A stretch of DNA of 63,777 nt, filler included, from Octopus bimaculoides (taxonomy: Eukaryota): assembly GCF_001194135.2 (NCBI RefSeq). It is 9 parts of 7 records of this genome, joined end to end, with 100 filler letters (N's around TTAATTAATTAA, not from the genome) between each part and the next. Parts side by side here need not be neighbours in the genome. Positions count along the whole stretch, not along the records: positions 45,671 to 53,189 come from NC_068981.1; positions 53,290 to 60,361 come from NC_068988.1; positions 60,462 to 62,359 come from NC_068987.1; positions 62,460 to 63,777 come from NC_068991.1; 5 more parts are not named here. One strand, given 5' to 3'. Under the pieces are notes generated by a model that saw only the letters and a list, made by a program, of their open reading frames with translations, was not told where the DNA came from and ran no database searches. Numbering within the stretch: position 1 is the first letter of the stretch; every line of letters starts with the position of its first letter. Both the position numbers and the translations under genes were made by a program. Positions 52,290-63,777 of this stretch are shown piece by piece.

Positions 52290-52825
52290 GTGCATATATA
52301 TATATAGGTATATATGTATGTGTATGCATATATGTGTGTGTATGCGTCTGTGTGTGTGTCTGTGTGTGCATGTATATATGTATATATACATACATATATA
52401 CAAATATATATACATATACATATATATATACACACACATATGCACGTATGTGGGTGAGAGTGTTGGTTTGTTTGTGCTATTGTAGCAAAAAAAAATGAGA
52501 TCGTTAGTGAAAAGAGGGGAGGGGAGGGGCGTGTATTTGATCGAGTCGGTAACGAGCTCTCTTAGGTGCCGTAATGTCAGCAGTTCTTGTAGTGCTACTA
52601 CTGTGACAGTATGTTTTGTACCCGTGACACTTAACCGCCAACACCCCAAATCTGCAATAGTAAACAGAATCCGTTCCTTAAAATTATCTGAACACTATCT
52701 GAACGCGTTTTTTTTGTGAGATTCAAGTAATTCTTTCACATGTACTCATTCTTTTAGAATGTGGTGGTAATCTCAAAGCTACGCTTCATTTGGTAGAATT
52801 ACTAAGGCAAAAGTATTAATAGCCG

Positions 52826-52997
52826 CAGGCGTAGTTGTGTAGTAAAAAGCTTGCTCCCAACCACATGGTTCTGGGTTCAGTCCCACTTCGTGGAACCTTC
52901 GTCAGATGTTTTCTACTACAGCCTCGGGCCGACCAAAGCCTTCTGAGTGCACTTGGTAGAAGGAAACTGAAAGAAGCCTGTCGTATATATATATGTG

Positions 52998-53035
<38 letters not shown>

Positions 53036-53189
53036 TGTGGGTGTATGTGTGCGAGTATGTGCTTGTGAGTGTCTGTGTGTGTACTTGTATGTGTGTTTGT
53101 CCCCCACCACTGCTTGACAACCAGAGTTGGTGTGTTTACGTCCCCGTAACTTGGTTGTCCAACAAAAGGGGATGATAGAGTAAGTCTCA
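52826..53189 (+). mobile_element. SINE family B
   Basis: Homologous to the 10226 copy. Confidence 0.85.
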
Positions 53190-53767
53190 NNNNNNNNNNN
53201 NNNNNNNNNNNNNNNNNNNNNNNNNNNNNNNNNTTAATTAATTAANNNNNNNNNNNNNNNNNNNNNNNNNNNNNNNNNNNNNNNNNNNNTTTTTTTTTTT
53301 TTTTTTTTTTTTTTTGTAGATTGGGTAGGCATAATTCGCTCCTGTATTTTTAATCTCAGTATTTAAACTACGCATAGTACTGCTGTAGTACACATGCTGC
53401 ATACACTCCTACAACACCGTTTTCTTGACGTGCTATAAGGGCAGAAGTAAATCTGCCTTCAACTCAGTCGCATGCCTGTGTTTCGCTTTTTTTTTGTGTG
53501 TTTTATTACATAAAGATCACCAACTGCCTGCCCTGAGTAATTACTGATGTTATGTGCCTGATATATACGCTATATATATATACCAATACATACACTCATG
53601 TGTAGGTGTACACGTCTATATAAACATGTACATGCATATTTCTTCCAATAAGTATAAGTGCGAAAGAAAATCAGACAGCAAATTCTGTTTAATACTTGAG
53701 TGGAATTGGAATATACTTGTATCTATCTAGAGTTCTAAGCATTGGCTAACCGTTATGCTGTTGTTGT

Positions 53768-53899
53768 TGGCACTCCGTCGCTTACGACGTCGTGGGTTCC
53801 AGCTGATCCGATCAACGGAACAGCCTGCTCGTGAAATTAACGTGCAAGTGGCTGAGCACTCCACAGACACGTGTACCCTTAACGTAGTTCTCGGGGATA
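53768..53899 (-). mobile_element. SINE family C, 3' part
   Basis: Near-identical to 31139-31270. Confidence 0.85.
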
Positions 53900-54112
53900 T
53901 TCCAATTCCCTACTGTGGATGTGAATGGAATTATAATAGAAGACGGAAACTCAGCTTAACCTGTCGACCTTCCAGGCGCTGATAAAATAGAGTATCAATC
54001 ACGTACGGAAATAAGATTAATATTCTTATAAAATTGAAGGTGACGAGCAGGCAGAATCATTAGAACGCCAGGTAAATGCTTAGCGGTATTTCATGTCTTT
54101 GCGTTCTGAGTT

Positions 54113-54418
54113 ATGAGATATGAAGACGTTTGATGTAAGATGGGAGGAGGTCACAAACGATCGCCCACGCTGGAGACAAATGCTGCGAAAGAGGATGAAG
54201 CGAGAGGAAGAAAAACACGAACTCGTCACCCCCCCCCCCAAAAAAAAAGCGCACTCGACGAAAGGATAAACCAGTAGCGCCGGCGGACTGTTCCTTCAAA
54301 TGCAGTCGCTGTATACGTGAGTGCCACTCTCATTGAGGGCCTCAACAACCGCAGCAGGCATTGAACCACCATCAACAAGTGAAACATTTTTTTCAGGTGC
54401 AGATCCATGGTCTCGAGA
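54113..54418 (+). mobile_element. RTE (BovB-like) LINE 3' fragment inserted into a SINE
   Basis: DMKTFDVRWEEVTNDRPRWRQML...FKCSRCIRECHSH resembles an RTE C-terminal zinc-finger tail. GAGTT duplicated at 54108-54112 and 54419-54423. Confidence 0.7.
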
Positions 54419-56239
54419 GAGTTCAAATACAGCTTTGCCTAACATCGTCATCCTTTCTGAGTCGGTAAAATAAATACCAGTTAAACACTGGAGTCGATGT
54501 ACTCGACCTTCCCTTACCCCGAAATCGCTGGCTTTGTGCCAAAATTTGAAATCAATATTCCTATAATATACCCTGGACGTGAAACGGAATTATTTTTATA
54601 AGACAAAGATTAGCAATGCTTAAAACAACAACGACGCCAACGCGAAAATTTCCGAGTAGTTGTTCGGCATGCTAAAAATAACAGCCAAATCTCACTCGAG
54701 CCATTCCTTGTCATTTTACAAAAAACATAACAATGGCTAATATAGTCATATGGACACAATACCTGAAAATAAATTATACTATTGTATGATCGCAGCTGGA
54801 TTTCTGTTTGATCATAGCTTTTTTATCGTGACTGACCAGGGGCTAAAAGCAGAAATGCTTGTTGTTCTTCAGTATGGCTTTTTGCTGCTGCTGTTGTTGT
54901 TGTTGTTGTTGCTGCTGTTTTTTTTTGTTTCTTTTTTTCTATTTTTTCTTCCCACGGTCGTCCAAAAATACACAGCTGAACATAGCTCATTCCCTCATTA
55001 AAGAGTCTCATTTACTTGCTCGGACATGTGTTTATATTTATCAAACGTAATCATGTCATTATTGTAATTATCAGAAAAGAAAAACAACAACAATACCCAA
55101 AAACATACAGAAATTCTAAACAATAACAAAAAAACAAATATCCGAATATTATAAAAACACAAAACAAAACGAATACAAATCTCAATTGTTGTAATTCTTG
55201 AATAATTGCAGCAAGTTCTATTATGGTAATAGCCTTGTGTTGATCAAATACTTTGTACAACATTGTTAATAATCGTGGGAAGAAAAAAGGCATGAATGTT
55301 ACAAATTCTTATTAACTGTGGTCTATAATTCTAAAGTTTCATACCCACGTGAGCATAACAAAATATTAATCCATCCATTAATTCATTAATCCATTAATCC
55401 ATTTATTATTGAAATATTTCAGTAGAAAGATCCGATGAAACTAGTTCTGGTCTTCGTCAGTAGACACTTGTATGTGTATATGTAAGTATCTGGAGGTTTG
55501 TGGGTGCCATAGCCTAGTGGTTAGGGTGTGGTACACACGATCCCGTGCACCTGTTCAGGCAGGGTCAATCTAACGGAGGGGATTGGGATTATGTACAACA
55601 CAAACATTTTATCGTTATACAAAAAAAAAAAAAATTATCAAGAGAGACAGAGACAGGCAGAAACAAGGGAAATGCCCCTTGTATTTGAATACTATGCAAA
55701 TATTCTTTTAAAAATCTTTTCATTTAATTTTTTCAAAATTTAATTGTTTTCCATACTTACAATTGAAGAAGTCTCAATGACCGAAACCGGTACTGAAATG
55801 TTTTTTTATAAAATTATTTTAGCATTTTCTCCTTTGACTTTTTTTTCNNNNNNNNNNNNNNNNNNNNNNNNNNNNNNNNNNNNNNNNNNNNNNNNNNNNN
55901 NNNNNNNNNNNNNNNNNNNNNNNNNNNNNNNNNNNNNNNNNNNNNNNNNNNNNNNNNNNNNNNNNNNNNNNNNNNNNNNNNNNNNNNNNNNNNNNNNNNN
56001 NNNNNNNNNNNNNNNNNNNNNNNNNNNNNNNNNNNNNNNNNNNNNNNNNNNNNNNNNNNNNNNNNNNNNNNNNNNNNNNNNNNNNNNNNNNNNNNNNNNN
56101 NNNNNNNNNNNNNNNNNNNNNNNNNNNNNNNNNNNNNNNNNNNNNNNNNNNNNNNNNNNNNNNNNNNNNNNNNNNNNNTGAAAAGAAAGCATTATTTTAA
56201 CATGGCGCACGAACATTTTCTTCAACCTAATAATAATAA

Positions 56240-56405
56240 TAATCCTTTGGGGGAAGGAATTAAGTTGATTTCATCGATCCCAGTACGTAACTGGTACTTA
56301 AGCAAAGTCGACTTCGGCAGAATTTGAACTCAGAACGCAGCGACAGTGGAAATACCGGTAAGTATTTCACTCGGCGTGCTAACAATTCTGCCAGCTCGCC
56401 GCCTA
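56240..56405 (-). mobile_element. SINE family A (internally deleted)
   Basis: Homologous to the other copies. Confidence 0.8.
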
Positions 56406-56409
56406 ATTA

Positions 56410-56788
56410 ATAATAATAATAATGATTATTATTATTATTATTATTATAATTATTATTATTATAATAATTATTATTATTATTATTATGAGGATGATGATGA
56501 TGATGAGTATTGTTATTGCTGTTGTTATTATTATTATTATTATCGTGGGAAAGTCATGAGCATTACACATTCTCATTAATTGCCTTATATAATTCTAGAG
56601 CTTTGTGTCCGTGTTAACATAAAGCATATTCATGTATCCATTAATCCATTAATCCATTAAGCCGTCCATTATTAAAATAACCTTGTATTGCTATAACCAT
56701 TTGTTACTTTGATGATGATGGTCATTATCATCATCGTGACGATGACGACAAAACGAAAAGAGCAATATTTATTATTATTAACAATAGC

Positions 56789-56825
<37 letters not shown>

Positions 56826-56834
56826 GTCGTCGTC

Positions 56835-56875
<41 letters not shown>

Positions 56876-56877
56876 CA

Positions 56878-56941
<64 letters not shown>

Positions 56942-56950
56942 CATTATTAA
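56410..56950. repeat. (ATT)n/(CAT)n microsatellite blocks
   Basis: Read directly from the sequence. Confidence 0.95.
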
Positions 56951-57440
56951 GGCGGCGAACTGGCACAATCGTTAGCACGCCGGCCCAAATGCTTAGCGAT
57001 ATTTCCTCTGTCTTCGCGTTTTAAGTTCAAACTCCCACCGAGGTCGACTTTCGCTTCATCCTTACGGGATCAATAAATTAAGTACTAGTTGCGTACTTGG
57101 GTCGATCTACTAGCCTAGCTCCCTCCCCAAAAATTTCGGGCCTTGTGCCTATAGTAGAAAGGATTATTATTATTATTGTTGTTGTTATCATTATTATTAT
57201 TATCATTATTATTATTATTATTAGGGCGTTTTAGCTGGCAGAATCGTTAGCAGGCTGGATGAAATGCTTAGCGGTATTTCTTCTGTCTTTACGTTTTGAG
57301 TTCAAATTCCGCCGAGGCCAATTTTGCATTTCATCCTTTGAGGGTCGATAAATAAAGTACCAGTGAAACACTGGGGTCGATAAAATCGACTTATCACCTG
57401 CCCCAAAATTGTTAGCCTTGTGGCAAAATTTTAAACCATT
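56951..57440 (+). mobile_element. Two tandem SINE family A copies separated by (ATT)n
   Basis: Copies start at 56951 and about 57224. Confidence 0.85.
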
Positions 57441-57908
57441 GTTATTGCTGTTGTTGTTGTTGTTGTGGTAATGGTGGTGGTAGTGGTCGTGATGGTGATG
57501 GTGGTGGTGGTCATTATTGTTCTAATAATCTATCTTACGATGTTGAATGATTATGAGAAACGCATGAACATTACTAATTCCTCATATTCTCAACATTTGT
57601 ACATTAAAACTCATCCTTGTATAATAATAAAAAAGGGAACAACTATATTATGCATTCCTCTATTCATAAATTCCACAGATTATGGTAATCCCATTGTATT
57701 AGTAGAAACATTTCTGTTATGTTCATGATAATAATCGTGGGAAAGGCATGAACGTTGTAAATTCCTCATATTTATTCTTCTCTGCAAATCTTCTTATGTA
57801 TGTAGATAGAAAACAAAGATTTCGGCCTACTGTCCGTTAATCGACTTATGGTTTCCTCCTTCGAAATCGTTTCTCTCTTTCTTTTTCTTTTTCTTCCCAT
57901 CTACCTAA

Positions 57909-57959
<51 letters not shown>

Positions 57960-58050
57960 CTTCTCTTCTTCTTCCCAAAAAGAAAAGCTCTACTTTGTAT
58001 TTTGTCCCTTCTGTATTCAGTCCTGTGTGGCCAATAAAGAAACATGTCTG

Positions 58051-58100
<50 letters not shown>

Positions 58101-58355
58101 AGTTTGTCTGATAAAAGAATTGATGTTATCTCGGGAGAAATACTATAGTAAAACTTGCCTATCAACAGTATACATACGTTATATAGGCTACATATATGAC
58201 TATTATAATTCGATAATATCACAATTGCGCATTACCAGATTAAATATTTTACTATTTTTGTCTAAATTGTTTAGTTATAAGATACATTTGTTTTGTTTTT
58301 AGCTTGGTTTTCAAACTTCCCTCCAGACGCCACTGTTAATGTTTTAACTTATTAA

Positions 58356-58565
58356 GGTGACGAGCTGGCAGAACCGTTAGCACGCTTGGGCAAAAGGCTT
58401 AGCGGCACTTCGCCCGTCTTGTACGCTCTTAGTTCAACTTCCGTCGAGGTCGACTTTGCCTTTCATCATTTTGAAGTTGTTAAAATAAGTACCAGTTGAG
58501 TACTGGGGTCCATCTAATCGACTTACCTCCTCCCCCGAAATTGCTGGCCTTGGGTCAAAATTTGA
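58356..58565 (+). mobile_element. SINE family A
   Basis: Homologous to the other copies. Confidence 0.8.
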
Positions 58566-58605
58566 ATGCAGTATTTTTACATTTTATACATTTATGGACA
58601 GGAGC

Positions 58606-58765
58606 AGGAGTGGTTGTGTGATAAGAAGCCTGGTTCCCAACCACGTGGTTCCGGGTTCAGTCCCATTGCGTGTTACCTTTGGCAAGTGTCTCCTACTATA
58701 GCCTGGGGCTGACTAAAGCCTTCTGAGTGGATTTGGTTGATGGAAACTGAAAGAAGCCTGTCGTA
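58606..58765 (+). mobile_element. SINE family B 5' half
   Basis: Homologous head; runs into (AT)n and a gap. Confidence 0.8.
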
Positions 58766-58799
58766 TATATATATGTATATTTCTATATATATGTATATA

Positions 58800-58836
<37 letters not shown>

Positions 58837-59284
58837 NNNNNNNNNNNNNNNNNNNNNNNNNNNNNNNNNNNNNNNNNNNNNNNNNNNNNNNNNNNNNNNN
58901 NNNNNNNNNNNNNNNNNNNNNNNNNNNNNNNNNNNNNNNNNNNNNNNNNNNNNNNNNNNNNNNNNNNNNNNNNNNNNNNNNNNNNNNNNNNNNNNNNNNN
59001 NNNNNNNNNNNNNNNNNNNNNNNNNNNNNNNNNNNNNNNNNNNNNNNNNNNNNNNNNNNNNNNNNNNNNNNNNNNNNNNNNNNNNNNNNNNNNNNNNNNN
59101 NNNNNNNNNNNNNNNNNNNNNNNNNNNNNNNNNNNNNNNNNNNNNNNNNNNNNNNNNNNNNNNNNNNNNNNNNNNNNNNNNNNNNNNNNNNNNNNNNNNN
59201 NNNNNNNNNNNNNNNNNNNNNNNNNNNNNNNNNNNNNNNNNNNNNNNNNNNNNNNNNNNNNNNNNNNNNNNNNNNNNNNNNNNN

Positions 59285-59318
<34 letters not shown>

Positions 59319-59774
59319 AGCGCAAACTCACTCACACACACATATATATGTACGTGTGTATAGATGCGTGTGTATGTACGTGGGTGTGTGATTGTCTAGC
59401 AGTATGTTAAATATTTACACATGTCGCTTTAGTTAGAAACTTACTCAGCGCTTATGTAAATCTTTCCATTGTCATCTATTTTTTGCTTGTGTTTTTATTT
59501 TTATTTACATTCCTATTATATTCATTTATTCACGCATTATATTGATTTATTCATTAAGGAATTTCATTAAATTTTAATCGTTGTTCGTCTTTCAAATTAT
59601 ATCATTCTCTCTAATTAACAGTCACTCATTTATCCTTCTTTCACTAACCTTCTTTGGACATCGTCCTTTCTTCTCTGCCTTTGATCTCTCATGCTATATT
59701 TATTCTGCTTGAGTCATTTTCTTTCATTTTATTTCATTTATTATCCTTCAACATCTTTCTTTTTGGACACCCAA

Positions 59775-59975
59775 AAACTATAGGTACAAGGCCCCGAAAT
59801 TTTGGAGGAAGCGGAGCCAGTCGATTAGATCGACCTCAGTACGCAACTGGTAATTAATATATCGCGAGAGGATGAAAGGCAAAGTCGACCTCCGCGAAAT
59901 TTGAACTCAAAACGTAAAGACAGATGAAATGCTACCAAGCATTTTACTCGGCGTGCTAACGATTCAGCCAGTTCA
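59775..59975 (-). mobile_element. SINE family A
   Basis: Homologous to the other copies. Confidence 0.8.
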
Positions 59976-60014
59976 CCTTAGTAATGATAATAATGTTAGC
60001 AGTTGTTATAGTGA

Positions 60015-60361
60015 GGCGCAGAAGTGACTGTGCGGTAAGTAGCTTGCTTACCAACCCCATGCTTCTGGGTTCAGTCCCACTGCGTGGCACCTTGGGCAAG
60101 TGTCATCTACTAGAGCTTCGAGCCGACCAAAGCCTTGTGAGTGGATTTGGTAGACGGAAACTGAAAGAAGACTGTCGTATATGTATATATATGCCTATGC
60201 ATGTTTGTGTATTTGCCACCCCCCCAACATCGATTGACAACCCATGCTGGTGTGTTAACGTCCCCGTAACTTAGCGGTGCGGCAAAAAAGACCGATAGAA
60301 TAAGTACCAGGCTTACAAATAAGCTCTGGGGGTCGATTTACTCGACTAAAGGCGGTGCTCC
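60015..60361 (+). mobile_element. SINE family B
   Basis: Homologous to the 10226 copy. Confidence 0.85.
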
Positions 60362-61298
60362 NNNNNNNNNNNNNNNNNNNNNNNNNNNNNNNNNNNNNNN
60401 NNNNNTTAATTAATTAANNNNNNNNNNNNNNNNNNNNNNNNNNNNNNNNNNNNNNNNNNNNTATATGTATGTATATTGTATGGTGTTTATTCAAATTGTT
60501 AGCATTGTTCAGTGTCTCTTTCGTTTAGCAAACGCAAAAATGGAATATTCTATCTCCACCTTCCCATGATTAAAGAAGCTTTTTATTGCATTTACTCAGG
60601 AATGAATATGATATGACTCAATCACTGAGGTTCTGCAGATTCTTAACAAGTAAAAACTGTGTTGGTGGGAGTTTTAGGCGTTTTTTTTTTTTCGACCAGT
60701 TACTATTGTTCTTTATATAGCATCCACTAAGTCCTTTCCATGAACTCCTCCCAAGTTGCTTTGTGCTAGTGATAACAGCAGTATATAACTCATCGATTGA
60801 ATGACCAGAGAAATGTGGTAGGGATAGAAAGAGATAAAAAAAGCGAGAGATAAAAAAAATTTCTAATATAAAATAAAATAATGTTAGTCAGAGAATGAAA
60901 AAATAGGAAAGGTCAGAAGTAATGAAAAAGAAACCTTCATAGAGACGAGTTTAAAAACGTGAATGGCTATGAAACTATAATTGCATTGCATACAGAAAAT
61001 TTGTTAGAAAGTCGTGTGAATGAGTGACAAGGAAATATCTAGCTCAGGTAAATATCTTAACATTGAGTTGTAAGTCTATTGTTATACTCAGCAATGAAAC
61101 TTCCATTTATAGGTTCAACCATTTCAATAGATAATAATAAACAAAGTAACCTGCAGCAATGAATAAAACGAGATATCCAGAAAGAAGAGTCATTTGCAAA
61201 ACTCCATGGAAAGGTTTATAAAATGCCGTTCCCAACATAGTATTATACGGTAGCTCTTTCGTAAGTCCTAATCTTTTTCTTTAAATTCTGTAACTTAC

Positions 61299-61530
61299 CA
61301 TTTTTTCCTTATATCTATATTTTTATTTAGACATTTTCTTCTGACTTCTTCAAGTTATCAATAGTGTGGACGCAATACTGTATAACAGCTTTCATTAAAT
61401 AGCTTGTCATCATAGTAACTTGTATTCTTCTTCATTAATTGTGGCAGGAAATTGACAAGCATATTATTCTGTAATAATAAAGTTCAAAAATCACTATCGG
61501 CCGCCATGTTGTGCAAGGCAAAGGGAAATG
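61299..61530 (-). promoter_or_regulatory. Candidate promoter-proximal first exon of a minus-strand gene, with YY1-type motif and strong donor
   Basis: AACATGGCGGCC at 61510-61499 fits the YY1 consensus CCGCCATNTT on the + strand. Non-repetitive sequence ends in ATG|GTAAGT at 61299/61298. Confidence 0.4.
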
Positions 61531-62091
61531 CTTTCGTGTTTTCTATAGAAAATACACGTTAGACAGAGTTCCTTTAAAAGAATCCATCTTCGAAAAAAAA
61601 AAAGTGAGTAACTTTTTCTCTTGATATATAATTATATACATTTTATTTTCTTTCATTTTATACCGCAATAAGTGAACAATAGAGTCGATGATGTTGATGT
61701 CCAACGGTCAGTCATTGGTTCGATGAATTTATGACAACGGCTGTGACAAGGGAGTGTCTGTAAATTGATGAACAACAAATAATTCAGAAGACATCGCTCG
61801 AAAAGTTCCAATATTTATTTCCTTCGTCGGTGAAAGACATATTCACGTGCATTTTATTTATGCGCGCGCGCGTGTGTTTGTTTGTTTGTGAGTGTGTGTG
61901 TATGTGTGTGTGTGCGCAGGTATGTATCTAAGCATGTATGTACGTGCGTATGTATATATGCATATGTGTGTATGTGTATATGTATATATATATGCATGTA
62001 TATATATAGTCTCCTTTAGAGAGACTTAGAAATATTAATAACTCTATTTCTGAAAACCAGTGGATAGATTCCACTGAAATTAGATAAATAA

Positions 62092-62230
62092 CCTTCGAGC
62101 AGATAGTCAGCAGCGCCGCCTGGCTAAGGCTTGGCTACTCTGCATTGACAAGGGGCAACACCCTGAAACTAGTCTAGTCTGCAGATGCCAAACCAGCAGG
62201 GGGACACTGCTGACCTCCCCTGTTCGAAGG
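62092..62230. mobile_element. 139-bp hairpin mini-element with CC...GG ends (piggyBac-like?)
   Basis: (taa)ccttcgagcag...tcagcag / ctgctga...ctgttcgaagg(tta). Flanks are ATAA and TTAT. Confidence 0.45.
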
Positions 62231-63229
62231 TTATAAAGGACACAGGTTTCGTGTGTCACATAGCTAGCTAGAGGCGATGGCTTCTTGGAGCTAATTCACG
62301 GCAGCTTTCGTCCTAATTTTGGGACTGCCATGTTGGCTTGGCGATAACTATTAATTTCCNNNNNNNNNNNNNNNNNNNNNNNNNNNNNNNNNNNNNNNNN
62401 NNNTTAATTAATTAANNNNNNNNNNNNNNNNNNNNNNNNNNNNNNNNNNNNNNNNNNNNATGCAATAAAAAATTGCAGTATAAAATCATATTATAAAAAT
62501 CGAAGAAAACCTTAAATCAAAAATAGATTATAAAGAAGGACAAGGCCTGAATACCAAGGGTAAATAATTAGCTGTAAAATATTAATCAATTAATAAGTTA
62601 GAAGATATATCCATTTAAAAATTTCACGCTAGATTACATATACATTTAGCAGTATATACACATACCAAACCATCTATAATATACATATATACACTAAACA
62701 TACAGATGCAGGTACATAGCTACATACATACTCAGACATATATAGTCAAGACATAAATATATATACAAATGCATATATATGTAAGCATGCACACATACGC
62801 ACACGCACAAAATCTCCTGGCTTATGCTTATACAAGTTAGTTACAGGTGAAAGAAAGAGAAGGAACAAATCAGAAAGTAGTAAATGGGGGGGGGAGAAAA
62901 CAGTGGAAAAGAAGGAAAAAAACGAGGAAGAGAAACAGAAAATTAGAGAGAGAAAGGGAAAAAATAGATAGGAGTAGAGAGTGTTACATGATTGTGTTTG
63001 AAAAGTATCTAAAGACGGTTAGATACTTCGTATAGTTTGTGCAACGAACACATGTAAAAATGCATCCACAAAATTACATGTAAATCTACATAAATACAAA
63101 CATACATACAAATATACACACATAGATACACATACAAATATGCCCACATATATAAAAGTATATACACATATACATACATATTTACATCTACATATTTACA
63201 TATGTATATGTACATATATATGTATATAA

Positions 63230-63280
<51 letters not shown>

Positions 63281-63777
63281 GACATATATATACGCATACA
63301 TACATATACATACCTACAATACATACATACACATAAATATATAGAGACATTTCATATCAAGATAAATATATACATCATAACATATATGCACAAAAAATTT
63401 TTTAAACTGTGTGGTCTATATAATCTTAAAATGTTGAAATAAGGAAATTGTACATTAATTTGATATAACATCTTATCTTAATATATAAAGCTAAAGTTGT
63501 GTGTCTGTGTGAAGCCTTTTTAAAAGTGTATAGAAATCCACATTTTCCACTTTTTCATAAAAAATTTTACATCAATGGAATTTTCTCGATGTGAACTTTC
63601 CAGTGCAGTAATTAGATTTTTTAAATTCCGTTTACTTTTGTGTGATTTAAGGGAGATTTGGCTGTTGTTTCTAGCAACTTTTATATTTCTTCCCTTCTAC
63701 CTGGAATGCCGTTCTTACACACGCGCTCAACATAAAAATATAGAGAGTAAGCGTAAAAGAGGGAGAGAGAGAGAGAG

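Noticed and set aside
28455-59410. Long ORFs of 150-380 aa spanning N runs
   Set aside because: They are open only because N codons are not stops. Only the ankyrin part of 28455-29456 is real.

Overview
AT-rich, microsatellite- and repeat-dense eukaryotic scaffold with many N gaps. The SINE families, the KRAB-less C2H2 gene and the gap style suggest an octopus (cephalopod) assembly; this is inference. Protein-coding content is small and all on the minus strand: (i) a single-coding-exon C2H2 zinc-finger gene (19460-20401, 11 fingers, 2 degenerate) and (ii) two in-frame spliceable exons of an ankyrin-repeat protein (31877-31976, 28459-28613) separated by an intron containing a decayed Ty3/Gypsy pol. 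A candidate minus-strand promoter/first exon (YY1-type motif, GTAAGT donor) lies at about 61.3-61.5 kb. The rest is SINEs, LINE fragments (RTE, CR1, R4/Dong-like, Penelope-like), Tc1/mariner relics, Helitrons and MITEs. The most notable signal is three separate GG-terminated TIR elements (two with clear 8-9 bp TSDs) that carry TTAGGG telomeric arrays internally, one as a perfect 38-bp (CCCTAA)3/(TTAGGG)3 palindrome. Most listed ORFs are microsatellite or N-gap artefacts.
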